This document shows, piece by piece, positions 1 to 9,476 of a stretch of 32,000 nucleotides of DNA (positions are counted from its first letter, which is position 1; the number at the start of each line of letters is the position of its first letter). Source of the stretch: Erysipelothrix inopinata. Lineage in GTDB: Bacteria > Bacillota_I > Bacilli_A > Erysipelotrichales > Erysipelotrichaceae. A program made the position numbers and the translations under genes. Location of the stretch: the NCBI RefSeq assembly GCF_014396165.1, contig NZ_CP060715.1:1800001-1832000 (forward strand), given 5' to 3'. The notes beneath the pieces were generated by a model, which did no database searches, had not been told where the DNA came from, and was given only the letters and a program-made list of their open reading frames with translations.

Positions 1-55
1 TGCGATCTCCTTTTTTAAGAGGACTTGGCTTCATCATTTCAGTATGGATATTCAT
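1..55 (-). CDS. 5' end of a gene that runs off the window. Only 18 codons are visible (MNIHTEMMKPSPLKKGDR...). The product cannot be assigned, although the N-terminus is reminiscent of S66 LD-carboxypeptidases.
   Basis: ATG at 53-55 (minus) is preceded by a strong Shine-Dalgarno GGAAGGTGG (rc of 59-67). The frame stays open to the window edge. It is absent from the ORF track because it is truncated. Confidence 0.35.
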   Translation of the reverse strand, partial: MNIHTEMMKPSPLKKGDR

Positions 56-103
56 GATCCACCTTCCTTTCAATCCAGAAAGTTACAAGATTCAATAAAT
101 TCA

Positions 104-1105
104 TTAAGAAATGTAAAGAATTTCTTTAACGAGCCCTTGTTCATCTTCAGTGATGGTATACCAGTAGCTATTGTCATTGAGGACTTGCCAACGACGTTCT
201 TCCTTGATGTAAGACCAATCCTTATCATTTTGATAATAGAGTTGTGTATCTCGAGCTTCTAAAATATTTAGAATTTGATTATCATGATAGTTAAATTCAT
301 CAAAGTCAGTAAATGCTTTATTTCCCATTTCTGAGTAAAGATCATTGAGTTCGAGTAAGAGATCGTGCACCTCAGTATCGAGTTTGTCCACGTTCAATCC
401 TAATTCTTGCGCTTCACGAAGCATAATTGGGAATGAATGTGCAGGATATTCACTATTTAATTTCGTACTGATACGTTCTCTTTCTTCTTTATTGTGGTTG
501 TGGTAGGCTAAAATGCTGTCCGCCACGCGAATTGATAGTGAACTCGATCGGTCAAGTGAACCCAAGATAATCGGGTGGATATACTTATAAAGTTCTTGGT
601 AATGGTGAACAGAATCTTCTGGAGCATTTTCTTCCCAAAGTCGTTCAAGCCTTTGAATTTCATCTTGAGAAACAGAGACTTTAGCATTTGTAACAGGATC
701 AATGGGAGATAGTTGATGACGTTTGGATGAGTCAATCGGTGTAAGATAAGCCAATGGACCCATTGATATTTTATCAGCACCCAACGCAATTAGAGTTGCT
801 GCCGATGCACATTCCAATGGAATCAGGGCGTTGACATTTTCAGCATAATTACGAATCACATTAACAATTCGCAGTGAGGCAACCGTGTCACCACCATCTG
901 ACTTAATAAAGATAGCCACTTTATCAATATTGCCAACGTCTTTAAAGAGCTTATAGAAGGCTTGAACATCATTTTGACATACTGCCCCGTTAAATGAATT
1001 CCAATAAACAATCATTGGCATACCAATCTTCGCTTCAATCTTCTTAATTAATGCTTGTGTCTCGATGAATTTCATCGAGGGTTGTTTAATTTCAATATCA
1101 CTCAT
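104..1105 (-). CDS. SDH-family (PF01972-like) ClpP/SppA-fold serine protease with an extra C-terminal region
   Basis: Track ORF 104..1135. I place the start at MSDIEIK (ATG 1103-1105), 7 nt downstream of GGAGG (rc of 1113-1117). The ClpP-fold core reads IFIKSDGGDTVASLRIVNVI...LECASAATLIALGADKISMGPLAYLTPIDSS, followed by EYPAHSFPIMLREAQELGLNV, which is typical of this family. Confidence 0.7.
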   Translation of the reverse strand: MSDIEIKQPSMKFIETQALIKKIEAKIGMPMIVYWNSFNGAVCQNDVQAFYKLFKDVGNIDKVAIFIKSDGGDTVASLRIVNVIRNYAENVNALIPLECASAATLIALGADKISMGPLAYLTPIDSSKRHQLSPIDPVTNAKVSVSQDEIQRLERLWEENAPEDSVHHYQELYKYIHPIILGSLDRSSSLSIRVADSILAYHNHNKEERERISTKLNSEYPAHSFPIMLREAQELGLNVDKLDTEVHDLLLELNDLYSEMGNKAFTDFDEFNYHDNQILNILEARDTQLYYQNDKDWSYIKEERRWQVLNDNSYWYTITEDEQGLVKEILYIS

Positions 1106-1193
1106 AATAAAACCTCCAATAAAATCATCATACACTAACTACACTTTGCTGGTCTATATTATCCAACCACAATTCATTGAAACTTCATAATGC

Positions 1194-1225
1194 AAAAGAA
1201 AAACCGCTTCTTTCGAAGAGGTTTT
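1194..1225 (-). terminator. Rho-independent terminator closing the thyA...deoC operon
   Basis: On the minus strand: AAACCTCTTC-GAAA-GAAGCGGTTT (9 of 10 bp paired) followed by TTTTTCTTTT. It lies 10 nt after the deoC stop. Confidence 0.6.
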
Positions 1226-1234
1226 ATAGTAATC

Positions 1235-1897
1235 TTAGTAATTTGAATCTGATTTTTGACCTTCCATGATTGCGACGCCTGAAGATGCTCCGATACGTGT
1301 TGCTCCAGCTTCAACGAGTGCATTTACGTCTTCAATAGAACGAACACCACCCGATGCTTTAACTTGCGCACGGTCTTTCACAGTATCTTTCATGATTTTA
1401 ACATCTTTGACTGTAGCTCCACCTGTTGAGAATCCTGTTGATGTCTTAACGAAATCAGCACCTGCAGCAACCGCAAGTTCACTAACTTTTGCGATTTCTT
1501 CGTCGGTTAGAAGACATGCTTCAATAATAACTTTAAGCACTTTAGATCCAACTGCCTCTTTTAGGACGCGAATTTCTTCTTGAACAAAATCATACTTTTT
1601 GTCTTTTAATGCCGAAATATTGATAACCATATCAACTTCATCTGCACCATTTTTAAGAGCGTCTTGAGTTTCAAATAACTTTGTAGCTGTTGTTGTTGCT
1701 CCTAATGGGAATCCCACAACTGTACAAACTTTAACATCTGAATCTTTAAGCAATTCATGGCTAAGAGCCACAAATCCTGGATTAATACATACTGACATAA
1801 AGTCGTATTGTTTTGCTTCTTCGCAAAGTGTACGAATTTGTGCTTCCGTTGCATCTGGTTTTAATAATGTGTGATCGATTAATTTATTGATTTTCAT
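1235..1897 (-). CDS. deoC: Deoxyribose-phosphate aldolase
   Basis: Sequence [21 protein letters not shown]...VCVNP-like...KVIIE...FVKTSTGF (class I aldolase Lys motif). Start trimmed to ATG 1895-1897, which follows GGAGGAAAAGAAA. It overlaps the murE stop by 14 nt. Confidence 0.9.
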   Translation of the reverse strand: MKINKLIDHTLLKPDATEAQIRTLCEEAKQYDFMSVCINPGFVALSHELLKDSDVKVCTVVGFPLGATTTATKLFETQDALKNGADEVDMVINISALKDKKYDFVQEEIRVLKEAVGSKVLKVIIEACLLTDEEIAKVSELAVAAGADFVKTSTGFSTGGATVKDVKIMKDTVKDRAQVKASGGVRSIEDVNALVEAGATRIGASSGVAIMEGQKSDSNY

Positions 1898-3344
1898 TTT
1901 CTTTTCCTCCATATAGTTCATTTAATATTTCTGTGGCGCAAACTTCATCGCCCATCCAAACCTCTTTACCATAATCTCTATAGATGAATTTTTCTTCACC
2001 TTTCCCAATGATTACAACTGAATCATTAGGTTGTGCCATTGTAAGTGCTTTTCGGATTGCATCTGTTCGAATGGGAACAAATTCATAATTATCATTTGGC
2101 ATCCCTGCAATAATGTCTTGTGTAATTTCTTCAACTATCTCATTTCGATTATCATGTTCGGTAATAATAACATGATCACATAGCGTTGAACTTACTTCAC
2201 CCATTATCGGACGTTTTAAGTGATCTCGTGCACCCGCTGCACCAAATACGGTAATGAGTCGGTTACCTTTTGGCGTAACAGTACGCACAAATTCATAAAC
2301 ATTTTTCATACTATCTGGAGCATGACCAAAGTCTACAAACACTTTGAAGGGTTGACCTGCCTCTACGATAGTCTGACGACCATCAACGTGTTCAATATCT
2401 TTTAGTTCAGGGATAATACGTTCCAAGTCATAACCTCTCATGTGCAAGATAGCAATGACTCCCAACATATTATAGACATTAAATTTCGCCACAAATGATG
2501 TTACCACAGGATATTCTTTACCATCATAAATCAGTGTAAACTCGGTTGACTTATCATGGAGTACAATATCTTTCGCCATATAAGTTGCAGGTGTATCAAT
2601 TCCATAAGTAACAACATTATTATAATCTTGTGCTAATAAACGTTGTCCATATGGATCATCTGCATTAATTACATTAAATCCTTCTGGTTTAAGATTGTCA
2701 AATAACATCTTCTTAGCTTCGAAGTAATTTTCCATTGTTTTATGGTAATCAAGATGATCATGGCTAAGATTTGTGAATGAAGCGCAATCAAAATCAATTG
2801 ATTCTACACGTCTAAGTGCCAGTCCTTGACTTGAAATTTCAAGACAAACCTCTTCAATCCCTTCATCTACCATATCACGAAGATAAGATTGTAACTCAAC
2901 AATATCAGGTGTAGTTAAACTCGGTGCGAACTTGTGATCATTATACTCTACAGAAATTGTCCCAATATATCCCGATTTAACACCGAATCGTTCTAAGATA
3001 TTTCGAACTGTTTTCATGGTAGTACTTTTACCATTTGTTCCTGTAATGCTATATACATACATTTTTTCGGATGGGTAGTCATAGAAAATATTGGTGATGC
3101 GATGTAACTCAGTCATAACATCATCCACTAATAGATACTGCACGCCTTCTCTTTTTTCAAGAGGTTTTGAATGTACGATTGCTACTGCACCATTATCAAT
3201 AGCTTGCTTTGCAAATTGATGGCCATCAACCGTCAGACCTTCAAGACAAAAGAACATACCATTTTCTTTTTTATCTCTTGAATCTAAGATAAGATGTTCA
3301 ATTTCAACATCACAATCACATTTTACGAATTTGCTGAGTTTCAT
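1884..3344 (-). CDS. murE: UDP-N-acetylmuramoyl-L-alanyl-D-glutamate--(diamino acid) ligase MurE. The position-3 amino acid is not assignable.
   Basis: Mur ligase P-loop [10 protein letters not shown], plus [16 protein letters not shown] and the C-terminal domain. Start trimmed to MKLSKF (ATG 3342-3344) after GAGGAAA. The 28-aa track extension overlaps the upstream ORF. Confidence 0.9.
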   Translation of the reverse strand: MKLSKFVKCDCDVEIEHLILDSRDKKENGMFFCLEGLTVDGHQFAKQAIDNGAVAIVHSKPLEKREGVQYLLVDDVMTELHRITNIFYDYPSEKMYVYSITGTNGKSTTMKTVRNILERFGVKSGYIGTISVEYNDHKFAPSLTTPDIVELQSYLRDMVDEGIEEVCLEISSQGLALRRVESIDFDCASFTNLSHDHLDYHKTMENYFEAKKMLFDNLKPEGFNVINADDPYGQRLLAQDYNNVVTYGIDTPATYMAKDIVLHDKSTEFTLIYDGKEYPVVTSFVAKFNVYNMLGVIAILHMRGYDLERIIPELKDIEHVDGRQTIVEAGQPFKVFVDFGHAPDSMKNVYEFVRTVTPKGNRLITVFGAAGARDHLKRPIMGEVSSTLCDHVIITEHDNRNEIVEEITQDIIAGMPNDNYEFVPIRTDAIRKALTMAQPNDSVVIIGKGEEKFIYRDYGKEVWMGDEVCATEILNELYGGKENENQ

Positions 3345-3345
3345 A

Positions 3346-4086
3346 CTATTTCCTCGATTTCTTTTCTTCTTTACGTCTGTCTTTTTGAATTTTTTTGATA
3401 CATTTAGGTTTGAGCCACTCTTTATCAATCAAGATATCAATAAAGATTACATCGTCGTTCAATAATGCTCTAGCAAGATTCATCACATCATTGGAATCTA
3501 ATGACACATCTGTTCTGATAGGAAATGTTTCACATTGCTTATCCTCAACACGATAGAATACATTTAATGACTCATTAAAGAGTATGAGTGTTTTTTCCTT
3601 ACGTGCTAGGTATCGAGCATCCGACATATTTGCAGTAAGAACTAAGTCTTGATATGTATCTAGTGGAACCATTTTCGTAGTGAAATCATTATATAACTTA
3701 AAGAATTGTGGTAATTCTAGAATAGCCGTTTCACGATTATAAAGTCCGTTCATTAACTTATCAAAGAAAGGAATATAGATAGTTTCTTCCTCAAAAATAA
3801 ATGAAGGTAGTTTTGATTTCATCGGTGCGAGATCACATTTCAACAGAAAATTACGCTCATTGAAACTTAGATTTTCCCACATATCAAATTGATGATTACG
3901 AGTAGTTTCAAATCCTGTTTCGAATTGTTGCTTCGTTTTAAGCCCTGTATCGAATACCGATAACATTAAGAGATCATACTCTTTCTTACAGTCGTATCCT
4001 AACTTATAAGTTTGATTTAACGTTTTATAGTGTTTCAACACATCTTTAGAACGTGATTGTTTATGATATTTATGTAACCACTTCAT
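3346..4086 (-). CDS. Hypothetical protein (246 aa) with no domain I recognise and a Lys/Arg-rich C-terminal tail
   Basis: Long ORF in the operon. Its ATG overlaps the rsmE stop (ATGA at 4083-4086) and has GAGGTGG upstream. Its stop (3346-3348) lies 1 nt before the murE ATG. Codon usage looks like that of its neighbours. Confidence 0.75.
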   Translation of the reverse strand: MKWLHKYHKQSRSKDVLKHYKTLNQTYKLGYDCKKEYDLLMLSVFDTGLKTKQQFETGFETTRNHQFDMWENLSFNERNFLLKCDLAPMKSKLPSFIFEEETIYIPFFDKLMNGLYNRETAILELPQFFKLYNDFTTKMVPLDTYQDLVLTANMSDARYLARKEKTLILFNESLNVFYRVEDKQCETFPIRTDVSLDSNDVMNLARALLNDDVIFIDILIDKEWLKPKCIKKIQKDRRKEEKKSRK

Positions 4087-4784
4087 CGTACCACCTCACA
4101 GACCGATACCATATTACATACGAACATACTTGCTGTTTCTGCTCTAAATACTTGATTACCAAGAGAAACACACTGCCATTCATTTTGATTGAAAAAACTT
4201 CTTTCTTTATCGCTGAAACCACCTTCTGGTCCAACAATTACCGACAGGCTCTTACAATCCATATCAATAGCATTCACGATATGTTCATGATTACCCAAGT
4301 CAGCATATATGTTTTGTTCTGATTTAAACTGTTCTAAATCCTGAATCGTTGCAATTCCTTTTACTGAAACAGGATATTGTCGATAGGATTGTTCGCACGC
4401 TTCCTTAGCAATCAGATTGAGTCGCTCCATCTTACGATCTTCACGTTTTCCAAAATCACGAACAACACAACGCTCTGCTTGTAGTAAGATAATTTCGTCA
4501 ACACCACACTCACAAGCTTTTTGAATCATCCACTCTAGTCTTTCAGTTCGAATTAGAGAAGCAATTAATCTTAGCTTATGTTGTTTCGGTGCCCATGTTA
4601 AGGGTTCAATTTCTCTTAACAGTGATGCACCATCGTCAACAAATTCAGCAAGAATACCCTTGCCTTCAAGATCCACAATTCGTATTTGATCTCCTCTACG
4701 CATTCGAAGTACTTTTTGACATTGTTGAAACTGTTTTGAGTCTAAGAACGGCGCTTCCAACTTTTCTACAAAAAACTGTTGCAT
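4083..4784 (-). CDS. rsmE: 16S rRNA (uracil1498-N3)-methyltransferase RsmE
   Basis: N-terminal PUA-like region MQQFFVEK...HQCQKVLRMRRGDQIRIVD and a C-terminal SPOUT region IVGPEGGFSDKE...LGNQVFRAETA. Confidence 0.85.
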   Translation of the reverse strand: MQQFFVEKLEAPFLDSKQFQQCQKVLRMRRGDQIRIVDLEGKGILAEFVDDGASLLREIEPLTWAPKQHKLRLIASLIRTERLEWMIQKACECGVDEIILLQAERCVVRDFGKREDRKMERLNLIAKEACEQSYRQYPVSVKGIATIQDLEQFKSEQNIYADLGNHEHIVNAIDMDCKSLSVIVGPEGGFSDKERSFFNQNEWQCVSLGNQVFRAETASMFVCNMVSVCEVVR

Positions 4785-5527
4785 TAAATCTCACCCTTTG
4801 CAGTTAACAATAACTTCTTAACTTCGAATGGTTTCAATTCACGATATTGTCCAATTTGAAGTTCTTCTACAGTAATTGGACCAATTGCGAATCGGTGTAA
4901 TTTTAATACTGGAAGATTGAAATGAGCAAATATTTTACGAATTTGACGGTTTTTACCTTCGTGAAGCGTGATGTTAAAACGCGTACGATTCTTTTTAGGA
5001 TCATATTTTACTGCGCTTATTTCGACACCTTGATAGTGAACTCCCTCAATCGTAATTCCTTCAGCGAGTTTTTGTGAGATGTCTAGGGTCAATCGACCGT
5101 CAACACTAACACGATATTGTTTGTTCATATCAAATTTAGGATGTGTCATATAGTTTGCAAAAGAGCCATCATTTGTCAGGATAATTGCTCCTGTCGTTTC
5201 ACGGTCTAAACGTCCTACTGGGAAAACACGAAAACGACCTGGAACTAAGTTCACAACAGATTGACGATCTTTCTCATCCGCAGCCGTTGATACGACTCCC
5301 TTAGGTTTATTCAAGAGGTAATAAACATTTTGTTGTTCGATTACAATCTGTTTTCCATTAACTTTAACATTATCGTTATAAGCAACCTGGACCCCTTGTT
5401 CGGTTACCTTTTTGCCGTTAACCGTAACTTTTCCCGCTTGAATAAGTTCCTCTGCTTTACGACGTGAGCAGTAGCCGGTCATTGCAATAAATTTTTGTAG
5501 TCGTATTGTATCATTTAAAGAGTTCAT
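4784..5527 (-). CDS. rluB: rRNA pseudouridine synthase, RluB/RsuA family, with an N-terminal S4 domain
   Basis: S4 motif RLQKFIAMTGYCSRRKAEELIQAGKVTVNG. Catalytic motif PVGRLDRETTGAIILTNDG. Also contains GKNRQIRKIF. Confidence 0.85.
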   Translation of the reverse strand: MNSLNDTIRLQKFIAMTGYCSRRKAEELIQAGKVTVNGKKVTEQGVQVAYNDNVKVNGKQIVIEQQNVYYLLNKPKGVVSTAADEKDRQSVVNLVPGRFRVFPVGRLDRETTGAIILTNDGSFANYMTHPKFDMNKQYRVSVDGRLTLDISQKLAEGITIEGVHYQGVEISAVKYDPKKNRTRFNITLHEGKNRQIRKIFAHFNLPVLKLHRFAIGPITVEELQIGQYRELKPFEVKKLLLTAKGEI

Positions 5528-6047
5528 TTTTTTCTTCCAACATTTCTAATTTAATTTCTGGCAATTCTTTTAAAGTCGTGAGTTTGAATACATCCATGAA
5601 TGAATTGGTTACTTCATATAAAATAGGTTTTCCAATAGTTTCAGCACGTCCGCATTCGCGAATAAGATCAAGCGCTTCAAGACGACGACACATCATATCA
5701 CTATTTACGCCACGAATTTCTTCAATTTCAAGTCGTGTGACGGGCTGCTTGTAGGCAATGATAGCAAGTGTTTCCAATGCCGCTTGAGAAAGTTGACGTG
5801 TTTTATTGAATTCAAACATATCAGCAATAATCTCATGCAAATGTGATTTGGTTACTAATTTGTAGCTTCCACCAAAGTTTGCTAATTCAAAGCCGCGGTT
5901 ATCCTCATTTAGAAGTTCTTTGTATTCTTCTAGTAGTTGTGTTAGAGATTCTTCTTCAAGATTAAGTGCTAATTTTAACTGTTCAAAATCGACACCTTCA
6001 TCACCAAATGCGAAGAGAATGCCTTCGAGTATTGCAATATTTGTCAT
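5511..6047 (-). CDS. scpB: Segregation and condensation protein B
   Basis: ILEGILFAFGDEGV...QAALETLAIIAYKQPVTRLEIEEIRGV...GRAETIGKPILY. Overlaps the scpA stop (ATGA). Confidence 0.9.
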   Translation of the reverse strand: MTNIAILEGILFAFGDEGVDFEQLKLALNLEEESLTQLLEEYKELLNEDNRGFELANFGGSYKLVTKSHLHEIIADMFEFNKTRQLSQAALETLAIIAYKQPVTRLEIEEIRGVNSDMMCRRLEALDLIRECGRAETIGKPILYEVTNSFMDVFKLTTLKELPEIKLEMLEEKNELFK

Positions 6048-6772
6048 GATAGAGCCCCTTTCAGATATACTTCTTCACCTTGGTAGCTAACCAACAATTC
6101 ACCCATTCTTAACATATCAAGAATGGCCAAAAAGTTAACCAAGAGGTGTTGCATCGAACGCGAAGAATTTAAAACATCAGTTAATGTGTAAACTTCACGA
6201 TTTAGAAATTTGTTTCTTAAGTCGTCAATCACATCATCCACAGATAACTCAACGCGTTGCAATGAAACATCTTGCGGATTCTGAATTCGAAACCGTTCCA
6301 TGACTTTAATCATAGCATTCATTAAATCATACGGTGTTTGATCGTATGAAATTGTTTCATTGAGTTCTCGTTTAATTTGTTTGAATAGACCCGCCGAGAA
6401 TGGCTTGCTATATTGCAAGGACCGCTCTTCATACCTTTGAGCAAGTTCGAGACTTACTTCTTTATAGCGTTGATACTCCAACAGTCTTCGGACAAGATCA
6501 TTTTCATCATCCTCCAAATCCTCTGTTTCGAGTTCGCTTTTATCACGTGGTAAAAGTTTCTTACTTTTAAATTCGATTAAACCAGCAAGTTCACTAAGAT
6601 ACTCACTCGCAATTTCTAATTTAGAATCACGTGCATTATTGATGAACGCAATGTACTGATCGGCAAGTTCAACAATGTCCAAGTCAAAAAGATCAAGTTT
6701 TTTATCCTTGATCAAATGTAACATTAAGTCGAGTGGGCCATTAAACTGTTCTAACGAAATCTCAAAATTCAT
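6044..6772 (-). CDS. scpA: Segregation and condensation protein A (kleisin)
   Basis: LEQFNGPLDLMLHLIKDKKLDLFDLDIVELADQYI, followed by a C-terminal winged-helix region. Confidence 0.9.
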   Translation of the reverse strand: MNFEISLEQFNGPLDLMLHLIKDKKLDLFDLDIVELADQYIAFINNARDSKLEIASEYLSELAGLIEFKSKKLLPRDKSELETEDLEDDENDLVRRLLEYQRYKEVSLELAQRYEERSLQYSKPFSAGLFKQIKRELNETISYDQTPYDLMNAMIKVMERFRIQNPQDVSLQRVELSVDDVIDDLRNKFLNREVYTLTDVLNSSRSMQHLLVNFLAILDMLRMGELLVSYQGEEVYLKGALS

Positions 6773-6791
6773 TCATATCACCTATCCGAAA

Positions 6792-8090
6792 TTATAACAC
6801 ATCTGCAATAAGACTTGGTTTTGAAATTTCTTTATCTCCAAGAATAAAGCATTCTTGACATGCTTTCACATGTTCATCAGTAATTGGGTTTGAACTGTAT
6901 AATGTTGCGACAACATCATTTGTTTGAACACGATCACCGACATCTTTTCTTAATACAATTCCAGCTTTGTAATCAATGCTGTCTTCTTTTGTTTGACGGC
7001 CTGCTCCTAAGTGCATGGAAACAATTCCTAATTCCATTGCTCTTAAGTCTTGTACAATACCCTCAGATTCTAAAGATACTTCGCGGACATAAGCTGCATG
7101 TGTAAAGGCATCGAGATCATCAAATACCGTTACATCGCCACCTTGAGCGGCAATCCATTTAAGGAAGCATTCATAAGCAGCACCACTTCTAAGTGTTTCT
7201 AATGCTAAATCATAACCAGCATCTTTGTCACTAACAAGACCTGCTTGAGCAAGCATGTATCCTGCAGCAACCACACACAATTCTTCAAGATCTTTAGGAC
7301 CTTTATTATTTAATGTTTCGATTGCTTCACGAACTTCTAGTGCGTTTCCAATTGAATTACCCAGAGGTTGGTTCATGTTTGAAAGCATTGCATTCACTTC
7401 GCGACCCAATTTATCACCGATATCAATCATTGTTTGAGCTAAAACACGTGCATCATCAATTGTTTTCATGAATGCACCCTCACCGTATTTAACATCAAGA
7501 AGAATACAGTCTGCGCCCCCAGCTAATTTTTTGGACATTATCGAAGAAGCGATTAATGGAACAGCATTAACTGTACCCGTAACATCACGAAGTCCATATA
7601 AAACTTTATCAGCATAAACAAGATTTCCTGTTTGTCCAACAACAGCAACATTAATATCATTTACTTGTTTAATAAATTCATCTTGAGTTAATTCGATATT
7701 GTATCCAGGAATGGATTCTAATTTATCAAGTGTTCCACCGGTATGGCCCAATCCTCGTCCACTCATTTTCGCAACTTTTGCACCTGCAGCAGCAACAATT
7801 GGACTTAGAATAATGGTGGTTTTATCACCAACACCTCCGGTTGAATGTTTATCGACTTTCTTTCCAACAATTGAACTCAAATCAATAACATCCCCACTAT
7901 GAAGCATTGCATCCGTTAGATATGCGGTTTCATCAACACTCATACCATTCAACACAATTGCCATTAAGAGTGCACTGGTTTGATATTCTTTAATAGAACC
8001 ATCGGTAACACCCTCAATCCAAAACTTAATCTCAGCTTGAGTAAGTTCTTTCGAATCTCTTTTCTTTTCAATAATTTCTACAATAGTCAT
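6792..8090 (-). CDS. pdp: Pyrimidine-nucleoside (thymidine) phosphorylase
   Basis: VDKHSTGGVGDKTT, SGRGLGHTGGTLDKLESIPG, and full-length 432-aa family architecture. Confidence 0.9.
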   Translation of the reverse strand: MTIVEIIEKKRDSKELTQAEIKFWIEGVTDGSIKEYQTSALLMAIVLNGMSVDETAYLTDAMLHSGDVIDLSSIVGKKVDKHSTGGVGDKTTIILSPIVAAAGAKVAKMSGRGLGHTGGTLDKLESIPGYNIELTQDEFIKQVNDINVAVVGQTGNLVYADKVLYGLRDVTGTVNAVPLIASSIMSKKLAGGADCILLDVKYGEGAFMKTIDDARVLAQTMIDIGDKLGREVNAMLSNMNQPLGNSIGNALEVREAIETLNNKGPKDLEELCVVAAGYMLAQAGLVSDKDAGYDLALETLRSGAAYECFLKWIAAQGGDVTVFDDLDAFTHAAYVREVSLESEGIVQDLRAMELGIVSMHLGAGRQTKEDSIDYKAGIVLRKDVGDRVQTNDVVATLYSSNPITDEHVKACQECFILGDKEISKPSLIADVL

Positions 8091-8093
8091 AAT

Positions 8094-8549
8094 TTACACT
8101 ATCCTTTCATAAGTTATCTGTAAAAATGTTTCTTTTTCACTACGACTTACGATCGTAAACTCATCCATTGAAAAATCCGGAAAAAACGTATCGCCGATGA
8201 CATCGTTATCGATGTATGAGAGTACCAACCGATGAGCGTACGGTAAACTTTGACGATAGATTTCTCCTCCTCCTGCGATATAAATGATTTCCTCAGAATT
8301 TTGTGCATTGTTTAGAAATTCTTCAAAATCCTCAATCCGATTTGGATAATCCTTATTACGAGTCACAATTCTCATATCTCGTTGATCAAGATGTTTTGGA
8401 AGGCCTTCAAATGTTTTCCTTCCCATGACAACTGTATGATTAAGCGTTGTTTCTCTAAAGTGCTTCAGATCTTCTGGATTACGCCAAGGCATACTTCCAT
8501 CAAGACCAATTGTCTTATGTTGATTCATGGCTGCAATAAGTACAATCAT
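8094..8549 (-). CDS. folA: Dihydrofolate reductase
   Basis: [48 protein letters not shown]...IYIAGGGEIY. Its start overlaps the thyA stop by 1 nt. Confidence 0.9.
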   Translation of the reverse strand: MIVLIAAMNQHKTIGLDGSMPWRNPEDLKHFRETTLNHTVVMGRKTFEGLPKHLDQRDMRIVTRNKDYPNRIEDFEEFLNNAQNSEEIIYIAGGGEIYRQSLPYAHRLVLSYIDNDVIGDTFFPDFSMDEFTIVSRSEKETFLQITYERIV

Positions 8550-9418
8550 TAGACACTTACCTTAGCCTTAATAAGCGGATGGGGATCGTAACCAATGATT
8601 TCAAAATCCTCGAATTTAAAATCAGTGATTTCTTTTTGATTACCATGAATTACAAGTGTTGGCAAGGGACGTGGATCGCGTGCCAATTGTGTCTGAATTG
8701 CATCACGGTGGTCATTGTAAATGTGAAGATCTCCAAAAGTATGAACAAACTCCCCTACCTCTAAGTCACATACCTTCGCTACCATATGAGTCAGCAATGC
8801 ATAAGAAGCAATATTAAAAGGTACTCCTAAGAATAAATCAGCACTGCGTTGGTATAACTGCAGTGAGAGTTTTCCGTCGGTACTTACATAAAATTGCATA
8901 AATGCATGACAAGGAGGTAAGGCCATGTCATCAACTTGAGAAGGATTCCAAGCGCTCACAATATGACGTCTTGAAAACGGGTTGTTTCGAATTGAATCGA
9001 CAACCTTCTCTAACTGATCTATACCTTCAAAGTCACGCCATTGTTTCCCGTATACAGGTCCAAGATCACCATGTTCTTGGGCAAACTGCGCGTCACTACG
9101 AATCTTATCAACAAACTCCTCTAAGGTTTCTCCTTGGTAAGCTTCAGACTGAGTATACGTTTGATACGGCCACTCATTCCATATTCTTACCTTGTTGTCA
9201 ACAAGCCACTTAATATTTGTGTCACCACTGACAAACCATAAAAGCTCTTTCGCTAAAGAAGGAAAGTGAACTTTCTTGGTTGTTAATAAAGGAAATCCTT
9301 CGCTTAAATCAAAGCGAGTCTGATAGCCAAAAACACCGCGCGTTCCTGTACCGGTACGATCCGCACGATCTTGACCCTTTTCTAAAACAAATTGACACAT
9401 TTCTAAGTACTGTTTCAT
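8549..9418 (-). CDS. thyA: Thymidylate synthase (ThyA type)
   Basis: [12 protein letters not shown], the catalytic ALPPCH motif, and [23 protein letters not shown]. Confidence 0.95.
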   Translation of the reverse strand: MKQYLEMCQFVLEKGQDRADRTGTGTRGVFGYQTRFDLSEGFPLLTTKKVHFPSLAKELLWFVSGDTNIKWLVDNKVRIWNEWPYQTYTQSEAYQGETLEEFVDKIRSDAQFAQEHGDLGPVYGKQWRDFEGIDQLEKVVDSIRNNPFSRRHIVSAWNPSQVDDMALPPCHAFMQFYVSTDGKLSLQLYQRSADLFLGVPFNIASYALLTHMVAKVCDLEVGEFVHTFGDLHIYNDHRDAIQTQLARDPRPLPTLVIHGNQKEITDFKFEDFEIIGYDPHPLIKAKVSV

Positions 9419-9441
9419 TTTATCACCTAGTCTAATTATAC

Positions 9442-9476
9442 AAAAAAAAACATCACAAAGATACTACTTGTGATGT
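9442..9476 (-). terminator. Rho-independent terminator of the mini-SSB gene
   Basis: On the minus strand: CATCACAAG-TAGTAT-CTTTGTGATG (one bulge) followed by a run of 9 T. The stem includes the last codons and the stop of the SSB-like ORF. Confidence 0.7.

Noticed and set aside
508-789. 93-aa ORF in another frame of the same strand inside the protease gene. The same applies to antisense or alternate-frame ORFs inside other genes: 44-262, 1266-1583, 2220-2405, 4053-4322, 4589-4807, 5506-5754, 6884-7105, 7255-7437, 7699-7902, 8579-8764, 8902-9213, 10237-10452, 11410-11649, 12873-13091, 13373-13648, 13899-14117, 14114-14329, 14952-15143, 15859-16107, 16270-16587, 18142-18375, 20237-20476, 22710-22895, 23819-24124, 26723-27082, 27790-28125 and 30644-30826.
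   Set aside because: Each lies entirely or almost entirely within a longer ORF that has clear homology-type motifs. None has an SD sequence, and their translations are low-complexity or compositionally odd. These are shadow ORFs typical of AT-rich DNA.
3345-3428. N-terminal extensions of track ORFs: murE +28 aa, deoC +8 aa, protease +10 aa, pyk +13 aa, M16 +17 aa, M29 +8 aa, SSB-like +25 aa, ATPase +3 aa.
   Set aside because: In every case an internal ATG sits 5-9 nt downstream of a GGAGG-type SD sequence and begins the conserved protein N-terminus. The extensions overlap the upstream gene or the promoter and RBS.
9435-9440. A TATAAT hexamer just upstream of thyA, considered as a dedicated thyA promoter.
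   Set aside because: No acceptable -35 hexamer exists at 16-18 nt, because that region is the terminator stem and T tract. The leader would also be only about 15 nt long. I cannot distinguish a weak promoter from chance in AT-rich DNA.
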